Below, one piece after another: positions 41,145-56,559 of a stretch of 64,000 nt of DNA. The DNA comes from Eledone cirrhosa (taxonomy: Eukaryota): the NCBI GenBank assembly GCA_964016885.1, contig OZ024743.1:265298001-265362000 (forward strand), read 5' to 3'. The notes below the pieces were generated by a model. The model saw only the letters and a list, made by a program, of their open reading frames with translations. It ran no database searches and was not told the DNA's origin. The translations under genes and the position numbers were made by a program. How positions within the stretch are numbered: position 1 is the stretch's first letter; each line of letters begins with the position of its first letter.

Positions 41145-42072
41145 CTATGATGGCTGCAAACCCGTGTTCTAGCATTGGCGTCGCCTGATAAAATGCCCAA
41201 AAATGTGAGACCCGAATCTGGCTCTTTAAACCAGCCAAAGACTTGCATCCCCTGACACATACATGGCAACTGTAGGCCCTTCCGGGACGTTCCATTGCTT
41301 TGGTCTGGCTGTGTCTTCTCATGTGTCTTTTAAGACCTCCCATGCTAGCACATTCATTGCCATATTCCGTTCACCTTTTCAGATCATAATCTACATGAGG
41401 TCTACTGATATGACTTTGTTCGTGTCTAGTCAAACCAGCTTTATTCAGGCAGACTCGACCACAGTGCTGGAAAACCAGATGATGTTCAACAGCAGGCAGT
41501 TCAGAACAGTCTCCTTCCTTTTCAGTGTACGGTGTTCTCTCCGACGAATTTCAAAGTATTCATTACCTGACTTGATCAAACGTCTCCACTTCACACGCTT
41601 CTCAGCCATTTTCTCCCATTCGTCAGATGAAATTCTAGCACAAGCAGAGGTGCCCCAGACAAGGTGCCCGGTACCGCGTTTGTGTGGTGGTCGCCTTCCT
41701 TCTCATAGTTCTCCGTAGAGATGTTGCTTTGGAATGCGATCATCAGACATCCGGACCACGTGTCCACAACACACCAACCGTTGCCGAAAGATCATGCTCT
41801 CTATAATCATGTACCTGCTCCGTTCAAAAACTCCCAAATCACTGACGAACATTTCCATCACACCCCTAGCAACTTACGAAGTGATTGTTGGTGAAATCTC
41901 TCCAGTTCCTTCCCGTGCTTTCTGTATGTGGCCCACGTTTCACAAGCATAAAACAAGGAGGAGACGACACAAGTCAGATACACTTTCACCTTGGTTTCGA
42001 TTGTGATACCTCGTCGGGACCATAAATGTTCAAGCAGCCGTTCAAAATCATCACTGGCTTTCGTGATGCCTA
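41145..42072 (-). mobile_element. RTE-clade (BovB-like) LINE 3' fragment, decayed
   Basis: [29 protein letters not shown]...LERFHQQSLRKLLG...GHVVRMSDDRIPKQHLYGEL; C-terminal C2H2-like CHVCVRGCKSLAGLKSQIR. Confidence 0.88.
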
Positions 42073-42088
42073 AGGATATATGTATATA

Positions 42089-43030
<942 letters not shown>

Positions 43031-43078
43031 CACACACGCACACATACATACACACAAACACTCACGTATGCACATACA

Positions 43079-43123
<45 letters not shown>

Positions 43124-43151
43124 ATATATATGTGTGTGGTAGAGGTTGAGA

Positions 43152-43441
43152 GTGCATGGCTTAGTGGTTAGAGCATTGAGCCTACACATTGGGAGGTAAT
43201 GAGTTCGATTCTCGGAGAAGGCAATTCGTTGTGTCCTTGAGCATTTTAGCAAGACACTTTAATTCACCTTACACCAGTTTACTCAACTTTAGAAATGCGT
43301 TGCAACGTCACTGGCGTAAACTGTATCGGCTACTGCCTTTCCATTGGACAAATAACCATGCCGGATTTGTGTCACAAAGGGCAACTTTCTAGGTGTAAAT
43401 TCCATGGTCACTGGTAACCGAAGGGGCTTTTACCCTTTACC

Positions 43442-43442
<1 letters not shown>
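43152..43442 (+). mobile_element. tRNA-derived CORE-like SINE
   Basis: A-box tggcttagtgg, B-box gagttcgattc, CORE-like tgtgtccttgagca...agcaagacacttt. Confidence 0.8.
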
Positions 43443-43492
<50 letters not shown>

Positions 43493-45734
43493 GGGCTCTA
43501 ACCCTAGTGCTATTAGATCAACTCTCCATATTTATTTTCAATGGCTGACAATACATTACCGGCGCCACTCGAATAAGGTAGTTATTTAACCCATAAATGG
43601 AGCCCTAACAGGTACTACCGCCCCGGGCCATGGATCTCGGGAATTTTACCCGCCTTAGATAGATAGATAGATAGATAGATGTACATATATATAAAGCGTA
43701 ACCTGTTTATAAAGGGTCAAAATAATATATCAAATATGAAAAGTACCACAATATGAAAGTAACAGACATATATGTATGTTTAAATGTATCGTGTGGGTAT
43801 GTCATCGTTTGTGAATGTGTGTGTGTTCTGTGTATGTGTGTACTATCTTACGTGTTCGCGCTTGCGCGTTTGTCTGTCTGTACATGTGGTTGTGTTTGTG
43901 TGAGTATTTACACTAATGCTGTGTCAACATGATAAGAAATTAAATGAGTGAAATAAAACTGATGTTACATTGTAATCTCCACTTTTCATCCCCCAAAAAT
44001 TGAATGGCCGATTGTGTTGTGTTCATATCTGCTTATATATATATATCCGCACACATATGTATGCTCGTGTCTGTATTTGAGTGGGTTTCTACGGTTCAAC
44101 CTAAATGATGTCTTTATTTATGCGTGTGTTGTGAGTAGAGGCTATTTTTATTTTTGCTTTTGTTTTGTGAGATTCATGAATGTGACTGTGTATCCTAATG
44201 TATTTTTGTATGTATATGTGTTCACGTGTAAGTATGTATATATATATATATATATATAAACTTTTGTTGTTTTCGTTTAGCTCTAACTAACCCCTAGGCA
44301 CTGTCTGAGCAGACTTATCATTGGAAATGTAGGGAATAATTGTGTTGATAACTATGATGACGATGATGATGATAATACTATTAAGTGTTTCAAGCCGACG
44401 GCAACAAAAAAATGAGAGGTTCAGGGATAGATAGATATATTTTATTCATTCAAATATTGCACGTGCTCTAAGGCAGTGATTCTCAAATGGGAATTATTTG
44501 CCTCCCATAAGGGAGAAATGTTCATAACTCGAGTAATCCACACTGGGAACACATTTTGTACGTTGTGTATATATCAAAGGAAATTCCAACATACCCAAAC
44601 ATAATGGTGATCACGAATTAAAAGGTCATAAAAACTATTGCTGCATACATAATTCCTTTTGGTACTATACAATGTTTGATACTTGAGAAATTTGTTCATA
44701 TTATTATGATTCGCTGGCAAAACGTTATTGGACGACTATTCAAATTGACGAGGATTTGAGATAACATGGGATTGTGAGGAGTGAAGTTTGACCAGGAAGC
44801 CATGTTCAGGACTGAACATTGCATGTTTTTACGATTGTTAGATTGTATCAGTTAATGGTAAGATATGAATATTTGCAGAAATTACATCCTCATCAATATA
44901 GTATATATCACTAATAACAAATATTATCTCGAGGCTGCAAGGATACATTCATACAACGACTAACCAAACATAGCAAAACCAAAAAATCATCTGCTAACTA
45001 ATTTCCAGGACACCAAAGCATATATTGATATGACCACAAAGCTACACGTATTTAGATTGTCGTATCAGGGAATTTAGTGGTATTTAAATATCGACTCTGG
45101 AGAAATGAAAATCAAAGTCGATTTTGATGAGATTCCAAATGGGAAAATATTAGGTGATAATTAAACAATTACAACTAATAAATGTATTCTTTTATGGCAT
45201 ATCTTCATCATTCCGATGACGATATGCAATGCATTAAATGTGAGATAGTTAAAGAGTGAATACTCCTTTGGTAGGTGGAGCATGCGGACGTACTGTTGAT
45301 ATTGTTATTAATATGGTCAACTTTATCATCATTCTTTTAGTAAATAACTTCTGCAGTCATCTAGTTGTCCTTTCCATCTCCACCAAACTGACACCATCAC
45401 CAGAAATCAGCAGCGAAAAAGCATACATCAACACACACCATCGCATGCATCAATAGATTTCCCGTCACACATTACCATTTAACATGCAAACTAACCAAGC
45501 AGACCAATACAATGGAAATCAAATAATATATTTTCTATACTTGCATACGCTAATCATTTTATTGCTTTCATCTGATGCATATTCTGAATAGTGTGAACGT
45601 TCTGATAAGCTACGAATGAATAAATAACATATATATTATCAAATATGTATTGAGTATTTTTTATGTCGCACATGCATCCCGACTTTCATGCATATATTAA
45701 TGCATACGTACATACACATATATAATATGTATAG

Positions 45735-46201
45735 AAAAGCTCAACCTTTATTCTCTCCAACGTCGCCGTGAGCGCTACCTTATCTGCATGATCTTGAAAG
45801 TATTCCATCAACATTCCACAAATGATATTGGCATCACCGCTAAGGTACACCCAAGGCTCAGGCCCCGTACTATCAGCCCACGACAAAAATCACACTCGCA
45901 TCTCATAACAATACGGCACAATTATTACACCTCAATTGGCCCCGCTCTATTTAACATTATAGCAAAACACATTAAAACGGAAACAGACCCCAAAAGTTCA
46001 AGAACTCTTTGAACAAATTCCTTCAAGAAATCCCGGATAAACCTCCTACACCCGGATATGTTTCTATAAACAATAACTCTTTACTAGAGTGGGACATGAT
46101 GCCCAAGTCCTGATTTGAAAGACTTCGCCAGGTGGTGCTATTAAGTTAGACATGGCCTGGCCAATACTGGCTGAAACCTATCAAAGTCAAAGTTATCAAA
46201 G

Positions 46202-46203
<2 letters not shown>
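45735..46203 (+). mobile_element. LINE ORF2 3' fragment (CR1/L2/Jockey group)
   Basis: KLNLYSLQRRRERYLI...GPALFNII...KFLQEIPDKPPTPGY..NNNSLLEW; short tandem tail (tcaaag/tcaaagtta). Confidence 0.75.
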
Positions 46204-46232
<29 letters not shown>

Positions 46233-46236
<4 letters not shown>

Positions 46237-46790
46237 TGTTATCGCTCTACATGGCTGAATACAATAAATGTAATCTGAGTTTTTCGAATATTAATAATTG
46301 ATTCTACTTTTGGCACAAGGCCAGTAAATATCCCAGTGCATTACTGGTACTTTATTTTATCGACCCCGTAAGGATGAAAGGCAAAGTTAACATCGGCGGC
46401 ATTTGAACGCACACTATAACCGACCCTCTACCCATACTGCCCATCCATTCGATTCGTTTGCAATTATGCAATTAGCTTCTTTTAAGCCATGTCAGTAGAA
46501 TGAGCCCCTCATTGTTGCTCTTGTGTTGGAATGCAAACAGAACTGCAGACACTGATTTTTCTGGGTGATTATCCTTCATCAGTACAATTTACTGTTCACC
46601 TGATAACTGTCAGAGCTATAGAAAATATATGATATTTTATAAAATATACACTGTCTTATCGGCCTGATTTGCATATTAGCAGACTGGCGATCAATCAGAT
46701 CTGCATATTAGCAGATCCACTGATCAGCCGACATATTTGTGTATAGTTTATCTTTTATTTTTTTATATATCAGATATATACCAACTTGCT
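46233..46790 (-). mobile_element. Family B PLE-type terminus, longest copy, with degenerate hammerhead
   Basis: Shares the family B sequence. Minus strand ttgta-CTGATGA-aggataatcaccca-GAAA-aatcagt-GTC-tgcag (about 46543-46587). Interrupted by a SINE. Confidence 0.65.
46293..46447 (-). mobile_element. SINE family 1 copy (internally deleted) nested in the family B unit
   Basis: Conserved core; inserted at a taataat site. Confidence 0.85.
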
Positions 46791-46863
46791 CTTCCGCGTA
46801 ACAAGAAATTCTCATTGCATTCAATCAATTAGTCAATCAATCAATCTGTATATTATATTATAT

Positions 46864-47039
<176 letters not shown>

Positions 47040-47056
47040 TATATATGTAAACTCTT

Positions 47057-47125
47057 AATGTTATAGACGGTTGTGTGTAGAGAAATATTATAAATATTTC
47101 TCTACACACAAGCTTCTATAACATT
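47057..47125. repeat. Short hairpin next to (TA)n
   Basis: aatgttataga..ttgtgtgtagagaaatatt / aatatttctctacacacaa..tctataacatt. Confidence 0.85.
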
Positions 47126-47595
47126 CAGATACATTGCCAGCACAACCCCCTTAATAATATTGTTTGCCCACATGTAGTGCTTGTGTTGCATGTAACACCC
47201 TGCCGCACTATAATATTTATAATTGGGACACACGTGCTTGCCACACGTATAACTATTGCAGACACTTACTGCTTCTGACTATCCTATCGCATTAATTTCA
47301 TGTTGTATTTTAACATTAATTTTAATTTTATCCTTTTTGATATGAATGTAATCTTTAAATGTATACTGCCACGCTAAATTTTATAATGGATGTCGACCCA
47401 CCAAGCAACAATATATGCATATGTATCTGTATGTCTGTTGGATTGAAAAGGAGGTCATATATGTGATCATTCATTAATAATAATAAATTGCTCCGAAGAA
47501 TCCAAACCTCGGTTTGGAGGAAACAATTGTAAGCATATAAATGATTTGAACAGAACTTTGATTATTATAACTTTTATATATATATATATATATAA

Positions 47596-47648
<53 letters not shown>

Positions 47649-47909
47649 TCACCAGTCTGAGGAGCAGATCGATACTGGCTTCGAGTGCATAAATCCACGC
47701 TTGTGTGTATATATACATACGTACCTATATATTCTAAGCATTTCTAAACATAAGACAATCAGCTTGAAACTCACATAATCACAGTTAATCAAAGATACTT
47801 ATAGTGTGCCTTTCTCTCTCAAACACACACAAACGCACGGGCACACGCACATGCACACACGCACACACACACACACACACACTCACACACACACACACAC
47901 ACACACACC

Positions 47910-47959
<50 letters not shown>

Positions 47960-47971
47960 GACACACACACG

Positions 47972-48053
<82 letters not shown>

Positions 48054-48416
48054 TAGATACATATGTCTGTGTGAGTGCGTGCGCTAAGTGTGTTTGTATG
48101 AGTCTATGTATTTATATGAGTATGTGAGTTTATATGAGACTGAAGAAGGAGAGTTGATTGATAGATAAATAAATACTATATTAGCACAATGTTGTTGCTA
48201 TTGTTGATATATGTGTTGCCGATGTTGTTTTTGTTGTTGTTATAATTGTTACAGCTGTTCATAATTTAAATAACTTCCGCTGGAAGAGGCGATTCAAGTT
48301 GAAGTCCGAAACTTAAATATTCCTAAAAACCGATTTGATGATTCTGATTGTTTGAGCCACACAAATCGAATACAGTTATTTCAGTCTCTCCCCTTCAACT
48401 TTTCTTTAAGTCTCTC

Positions 48417-48507
<91 letters not shown>

Positions 48508-49811
48508 TTCTATCTCTCTCCTGTAACTTTCTCTCAATCTCTCTCGTTTGTGTTTTGTCATGGCCTTTGGCACGTGTCCAGTTATTGGGAAAAACATTTG
48601 AATATTTATCATAGAATGTATGCTTCTGTGTGTGTGTGTGTTTGTGAAGATGTGCGTAAAAATATGTGTGTATATGTGTATAAAATGGGGAAAAGAACGG
48701 ATAATCTCTCTAAACATACATTGTGGAAGTCACATATCACGAGTGATTGTGAACTTCAAGTGACTCCGGAAGTGAAGTGCTTGAAAAGGTCAACATTTGT
48801 GGAGTTGTGTTTAGGGCAAATAGGTTATATATATTTAATGTACAATGTCAAGTGTTAAGTTGAAGAGGCGTCAATGTCGATTGTGCGAGTCAATGTCGAT
48901 TGTCAGATTCAATGTTCGATCGGTCGTCCCAATTCATTAGCGTAAAGGGCCATCCGAACTATATCACATAATCCAAGGTGTATCTTGAAATTTAAAACGA
49001 ATCTGATGTTGTAATGTTTATTTAACATCGAATGTAGATTTAGATAAGTGCCTGGTGATACATGATATAATATTTAAGTGTATATTTATTAATGCAGATT
49101 CTTTCATGTCACTATTATAATGTCTCAAAAAATGATATTATTAAAATTTATGTCAGCATTTAGAAAATGCGGTGGATACGGTTAGAATGTTCTTAATAAT
49201 ATGTCTACTAAAGTAGCGCTGATCTGGAATCAACTAAATTATTGTATATGTCTGTATACTTGCTTAACTACCTCAAATCATGTTATAGAAAGTAAATAAA
49301 TACTGCTAAAAATATGGGATGTTCACAGATCGAATATCATTGATCGTACTGGACACAGAATTTATCTGTATCTTATGAAGCAAGGAGATTTTTCTCAGTT
49401 TTCTCCATCACTAAGTCCAACCAGGTGATTTCAATGAATGTGGTATGCATATGTTGCGGGGGTCCTTGTGAGTCGATGTATGGGCGTGCATATGTGAGTG
49501 TGTTTGCGTGTGTACTCCGTAGTTTCATTTAATCGGTTCTTTTGGCTGCATCCTATTTGAAACAAACAATTTTGACTAATTAAATATCGAACACATCAAG
49601 ACAAATAAATATGCTGTCTCTCACCCAAACCTGTCTCTCTCATTCTCTCTTTCTCTCACAGACACACACTCATATGGCACCTAACGACAAACAATTAACA
49701 TCCCTAACCACGACCTTCATGAAGCTAAATAAGACAGTCAAGGCCCACACAGATGGCAACCAGATGAAACTGTAACTTTACTAACACTTGATCTACTAAA
49801 CATAAATATGT

Positions 49812-49847
<36 letters not shown>

Positions 49848-50258
49848 CGTGCATACTCCTAAATATGCGGAAAAAATGCGACAAAAAATCTATGATAAAA
49901 TGGGGTTGATTTATGTTCCAGGTTATTGTTTTGCGATTTTCATAAACTCCAAAAATTCTACGTAAATAATGAGCTAACGGTATCTCTGTCGACATAACAT
50001 TTTTATTTCTTATTGGTTTTGATATGTTTTGAATAAATATGGCTCTCAAAACTGTCGGGCATTAGTAAAAATTGATTGCATAATGGGGTTCGGAAACGAG
50101 AACTATACCCTAAACAACACTTAGAACATTTTATATGTCAAACCATTAAAACTTCATAAATGCATTCTCCTCCTAAGAAAATTGCAAAACATAATGTGCT
50201 GATTACCTATATATATATAACAGAAACAACACAGTACAATGTGAACATTTATTATAGC

Positions 50259-50356
<98 letters not shown>

Positions 50357-50467
50357 AGACAATTACATAAAACAGGTTAGATGTGATGGATTTTATTCCA
50401 GTAAACAATTGATGATCATCTTCCTGTGTAAATTATATTCATTAATATCTCCAATCTGTCAGAAACA

Positions 50468-50643
50468 TAACTGTTTCTCCGTTAGGCACCAGCAATTACC
50501 CAGTGTATTACTGGTACTTTATTTTATCGACCCCGTAAGGATGAAAGGCAAAGTTGACCTCAGCGGGATATGAACTCACAATGGCAAGGGCCGTAACTCT
50601 ATGCGTCAAAGCATGGCGTCCGACCCTCTACCAATACTGCCAA
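50468..50643 (-). mobile_element. SINE family 1 copy
   Basis: Conserved core and head. Confidence 0.9.
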
Positions 50644-51015
50644 GCTTTACTGACAAGTCTGTAGTCATCGCTTGCCGCGAAACGTCAGACATATGTATAG
50701 AGTTATGCCAGTGTACTCGGTACACTTTCCCTATTATATGTAAGGTGCCATTTCTTATAATCTCAGCAGTTCATTCATCATCAATGAGTGAAGGTTTGTT
50801 GTATACGGTATATAATAGAGGGATAACGATATAAATATGATGGACTTAATTTTCGTCTTTTATATGTACTATATTAAACATATTGTTGTAACAGTATTCG
50901 GAATGCTGTGCACATTGTCCATTATATATATTGATTTTTGCATCAGGAGATTTTGATTTATGTCTTAAGAAGTGAGTGTCCCTTTAAATAAATAAAAACA
51001 CACATTCTCTATCTA

Positions 51016-51211
<196 letters not shown>

Positions 51212-51249
51212 TAAATATACACGGGTGTGTATGATTGTGTATAGAAGAT

Positions 51250-51496
51250 TATATTAATAAGAGGAATTCCAACTTTGTCTGATTTACTCGTTTTATTTAC
51301 AATCCTTTAAAATATATATAATGGTATTATAATGAAATAGTATGATAGAATATTAAATTCTCAGTGTTAATTGAAGTGTTCAATTAACACTTAGAATTTA
51401 ATATTCTATCATACTATTTCATTATAATACCATTATATATATTTTAAAGGATTGTAAATAAAACGAGTAAATCAGACAAAGTTGGAATTCCTCTTA

Positions 51497-51504
<8 letters not shown>
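51250..51504. repeat. Near-perfect AT-rich palindrome, arms about 126 bp, 3-nt loop
   Basis: 51250-51375 pairs with 51379-51504 with one mismatch; (TA)n directly on the right and about 40 bp away on the left. Confidence 0.97.
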
Positions 51505-51582
<78 letters not shown>

Positions 51583-52118
51583 TATCTATCTATATATCGA
51601 TCCATCTATATACCTACCTATCTAACTCTCTTACTATCTATGTATATGTATATGTATATGTATGTATATATGTTTGATTGTATGTATTATCTACATATGT
51701 AAACCAATCTACTGTTTTTTTCTGCATTGGCAAAATAGATAAAAATAGATTTCTAAATTAAGATAAGACTGTGTGTCATGATTAGAGTTTCAGTTTTAAT
51801 GTTTCGAAATGTAAACTTTTTTAGAAGAAATAAAAAAAGATGTTGGATATTTACGAAGTAAGATATCATAATCAGCTTGATTCTAGAATGAATGGCACCT
51901 ATGAGTCAGAACTGTCTTATTATCAAAACTACGATATGCTTACGTCTGAGACAGTACATGTACCTAATGATCAAATTCTTAGCCGAGAAGTAAGAAAATT
52001 GAATTAGAAGACCATATAGTCCTCTGTGAAGTGTAAAAAGTAAAAAAAAAGACAATTAACATCAAAGGATTGAAAATAGGTCTGATGATAACATTCCTCG
52101 AAGTGGTGACCGTATTAT

Positions 52119-52175
<57 letters not shown>

Positions 52176-53656
52176 TGCGTGTGTGTGTGTGTATCTGTGT
52201 CTGTGTGCGTGAGTTTTAATATATAAAGGTTCCAACAAATATGCATTGTATATATAAATATAAATATGGCTGACAAACAGTTGAATGTTTATGTACTGAC
52301 AACATCTTTCAGTTCTGAATATATTCACTGTTATGTAGTGGAGATGGCTGAGACAGTGATGCATCGGTGGTTTCAGTAGCGTTGGTAACTGATGTTTATG
52401 GTAGCGGCAGTGTTTCTTCCATAGTTGTAATTTTTTCAGTAGTCTGTATATCCTGGCGTGAATAGAGCATTTTGAACCTGGCAGAGCTCGTCAATCTCCA
52501 GATCAGAAGACAGCCGATTTCATCCAGAAAAGAAGAGAAATAGAGAGGAAATGTGAAACTATATAGATAATTAATCGATCCAAGTACTCTATTGGTACTG
52601 TATGCATTGACTTTAAATTTATGAAAGGGAAAGATGACTCCGGTTGTATTTGACCTTAGAGTACAGAGAGCCAGACAAATAACGCCAAACATTGTATTCA
52701 ATATTCTAACGATTCAGCGAATTCACCGCCTTTTTTTTAACGGCAGTTGATAATAATTTTATTATATAGAACAGAATGTATGTAGCAGTATGTAATGCTG
52801 TTTGTAAATACTTCGCCTTGGAATACCGCGTAAAACACTATAGTTTAATGGTCTGCAATATATAGCAGCAAAATTCCCACATATCATTACAAAGTAAGGC
52901 TATATTGGACAATCTATTTTTTTTTTTTCATTTCCATTATGTACAAAGACGATAAATCCAAATCTTCATCATCGATAAGTGTTGAGACATTAGCATCTTG
53001 TCGACAAAAACAATAATAATAATTATTATTTCTAAAATGTCTACTAAGCTGCAATTCCAGAAAGTTGAAATGCGTTTAAAGTACATTATTTTGTTAAACC
53101 TCAAACGATGAAAAGCAAAGTTGCTCTAAACTGGAATTGAACTCAGAACGCAATGGGGCGTAAACACCACAAATCATTTTGTCTGATGCTTCGACGATTC
53201 AACAATTAGCAGTCCTTGATATCTAATTTAGGTATCAGTTCATCATCGTGGCGGGAAGGGAGAAATTCATTATATCCACTCCTATATTTAACCGGTATTT
53301 TATCGACCTTGGAACGATTAAATTCAAAGTAGGTGTCGATCGGGTTTCAAAACAGTACTTAAAGTGTAGCAACCAAATGCTTTAAGTCTCATTCTGCCAT
53401 TTGAATATAATTATTTTAGACAAAAGACCAAAAATATTATTGATGGAATCAATCCATTGTATAGACCTCAGTAATCGACTTGTAACTTGTTTTATTAAAC
53501 TCGGAAATATGAAAGGTAATGTTGATTTTGCTGGGATTTGAACACAGAAGGTAAAGTGCCCTAACTTAACTGAAATGAGGAATTTTGTCTTACACCAGAC
53601 CGGGCAATAAACAAATCAACAAGAAATGTAATTTTTAAAAAGTGAAAATTCACAGA

Positions 53657-53733
<77 letters not shown>

Positions 53734-53961
53734 ACACACACATATATATGTCTTTTGAAATGTTTTGAATTAATTAATTTCGGTGTGTGAATCGTGTGAA
53801 AATTAATTTTCCACTATCAGACATAAGAAATTCAAATTTAGGTTAAACATATGCAACACTTAAAAAAATTGAAATTACAATGCAATAAAGTACGTTTATG
53901 CTTATACATATATATATATACAAGCCGAAACGGCTTGATCCCGCGGTCGGTATTTTACATC

Positions 53962-54046
<85 letters not shown>

Positions 54047-54048
<2 letters not shown>

Positions 54049-54237
54049 GTAGGTCCCGGGTTGAGTCGGGGATAACCACAGTAAGTAAGGTACTCAATAC
54101 ATGGCAGAGTAAATTTTTTTATTTTATAGAAGGAACATCTACAGGACTAGTACTGTTTCATTCAGATGAAATCTTCAGGAAGCTCTGAAGATTTCATCTG
54201 AATGAAACAGTACTAGTCCTGTAGAAGTTCCTTCTAT

Positions 54238-54243
<6 letters not shown>
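54047..54243 (-). mobile_element. Family A fold-back mini-element with hammerhead, between (TA)n tracts
   Basis: Arms 54120-54178 and 54185-54243 (1 mismatch); unique tail ...gtattgagtacc...ccgggacctacg on the minus strand. Confidence 0.88.
54134..54184 (-). ncRNA. Type I hammerhead ribozyme (family A)
   Basis: agcttc-CTGAAGA-tttc atct gaat-GAAA-cag tactagtc ctGTA-gatgtt; stem III acag/ctgt; stem I 5 of 6 pairs (6 of 6 using the base in the mirror arm). Confidence 0.75.
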
Positions 54244-54282
<39 letters not shown>

Positions 54283-54317
54283 ATATATTTATATATATAT
54301 ATATATTTATATATATT

Positions 54318-54438
<121 letters not shown>

Positions 54439-54523
54439 GTACGTGTATATATATATATATATATATATAAATATATATATATATTTATATACGTTTGTAT
54501 ACGTACATACATATATACATACT

Positions 54524-54895
54524 ACGCACAGTAGTATGTATATATATACATACATGCACATATATATATATGTACGTAGGGATTTACCGAACATTTATTA
54601 TAATGCTCGGTTTGTTTGTAAACAAACATCCCGGATTAAGCCGTACAGTGTTTAGCAACCGTCGTTGCTCCTTTGTTCAACACTGACAAAGGAACGATGC
54701 ACTAGTTTCAAGCTCACTAGCCTTGGGATGTTTGTTTACAATCCCGGATGTTTGTTTATAATCCGGGATGTTTGTTTATAATCCGGTATGTTTGTTTACA
54801 AACACACCGAGCATTATAATAAATGTTCGGTAAATCCATACGTACATATATATATATGTGTGCATATATGTATATATATACATACTACTGTGCGT
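54524..54895. mobile_element. Fold-back unit with arms of about 115 bp and four 20-bp tandem repeats
   Basis: 54524-54638 pairs with about 54779-54895; unit atccgggatgtttgtttata repeated 4 times at 54721-54800. Confidence 0.85.
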
Positions 54896-55017
54896 CTGTA
54901 TACATATATGTATGTTCTATTACATACTTATATTTAAGTAACGGCCGTACTAAGAGTGAGAAATGAAATTTCGTTTCAATTTTTCCATTTATATATAAGT
55001 ATATATATATATATATA

Positions 55018-55430
55018 TTTCGTTTCTGAATTTGTTTAGCAAGATTCTTTATCTGAAATCGTGTGTTGAAACCGATATTGTTATACTTTGGGAGGGTCAT
55101 GTTGCCCCTAAGAAACACACGCACTTATTGCTTTCACTTCAATTTATTATAATCAATTTATAAATTTAGGAATTTATAAATTTCTGGTTGGTTGGTTGGT
55201 TGGTTGGTTCCACAACCAGATAGTTGTTTATATATTGTCAAAGTTCTTTCGTCACACATTATGTGACCTCTTCAGTGACTGGGGTTTCTTTTCTTTGTTT
55301 TTGTGCCTCTCCTTTGTTCTGTCCTACGCCATTTTGTTTCTCTGAGAAACAAAATAGCGTAGGACAGAACAAAGGAGACGCACACAGGAGAGGCACAAAA
55401 ACAAAGAAAAGAATCCCCAGTCACTGAAGA
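55018..55430 (-). mobile_element. Family C PLE terminus with fold-back centred at about 55342
   Basis: Highly similar to 42196-42450 but lacks the ORF; right arm gagaaacaaaatagcgtaggacagaacaaagg...ccccagtcactgaaga. Confidence 0.88.
55237..55279 (-). ncRNA. Minimal type I hammerhead ribozyme (family C)
   Basis: gtca-CTGAAGA-g gtcaca taatg tgtgac-GAA-A-gaac-T-T-tgac: stem I gtca/tgac, 6-bp stem II, 1-bp stem III, CUU triplet. Confidence 0.7.
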
Positions 55431-56105
55431 TGCACTATCCATTGTCAACGGGTTCGAAGGTAACCTTGGACAATGTTGGAGATGACCTTTCTTTAACTCT
55501 GTGTGGATCGTGTTGGAGTCAATTTTTTTCAAGAGGCGAAATATCTATTTAAGTTTATATGACCCCTTGTATTTTAACATGTTTAATACAGATTTGTCTG
55601 ACAATATTGAAGAATTCAGCAGCACCATATAGATACAATCGGGTTTTTGTGTGCGTGTGTTAATGTCAAGCTAGTATAAGAAAAGATTTTGTAATTTGAG
55701 CATAGCTTTCATTACAGCCAAATGGATCTAAAACTAAATAGCACTTTCAAAACATTACTTGTTTATATGAAACGTTTGTTGTATAAACATTGGATGGCCG
55801 GGGAGGTATATTTTAGCATTTTTTCCGCTTAGAAAGCCGCAAGTCTTTCCGATGAGTGTTTGTATGTGTGGGTGGGGGTCCTATTTTATGGAGAACCAAC
55901 AATTTTTTTCTTTCTTAAATTGTGCTTCCTTATGCACACACGCATACACAGACATAACAAAGATTGTAATGTGTGTGTGCGTGTATATTTTGCCTGTGTT
56001 AAGAAGAATGAGAAGTTTACTTACACGTGTGTGTATGTGTATGTGTGTGCGGCCGTGCCAGCGTGTTTATTTATATATATATATATGTGTCTATGTATGT
56101 ATGTG

Positions 56106-56148
<43 letters not shown>

Positions 56149-56191
56149 ATATATGTATATATATGTATATATGTATATATATATGCATGTA

Positions 56192-56291
<100 letters not shown>

Positions 56292-56480
56292 TGTATATAT
56301 ATGTATGTGTATATATATATATAGCTGTGTGTGTGTGCGTGTGTGTATTTCTTTAAACACCGCAGGCTAAGTTTGATAATCAGCTGTGTAATTACGGCCG
56401 CGTGTGTAACAACTATGTACACACTTAAATGAATACATACATACATATTTGAGTGCTTGTGTGTTACTAAGTATGCACTA

Positions 56481-56559
<79 letters not shown>

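Noticed and set aside
52300-52701. Thr-rich coding-like stretch on the minus strand
   Set aside because: There are stops in all frames I read, no recognisable domain, and no convincing splice pair.
54721-54800. Regular 20-bp repeats resembling a CRISPR array
   Set aside because: The repeats are head to tail with no unique spacers, there are no cas genes, and the context is eukaryotic.
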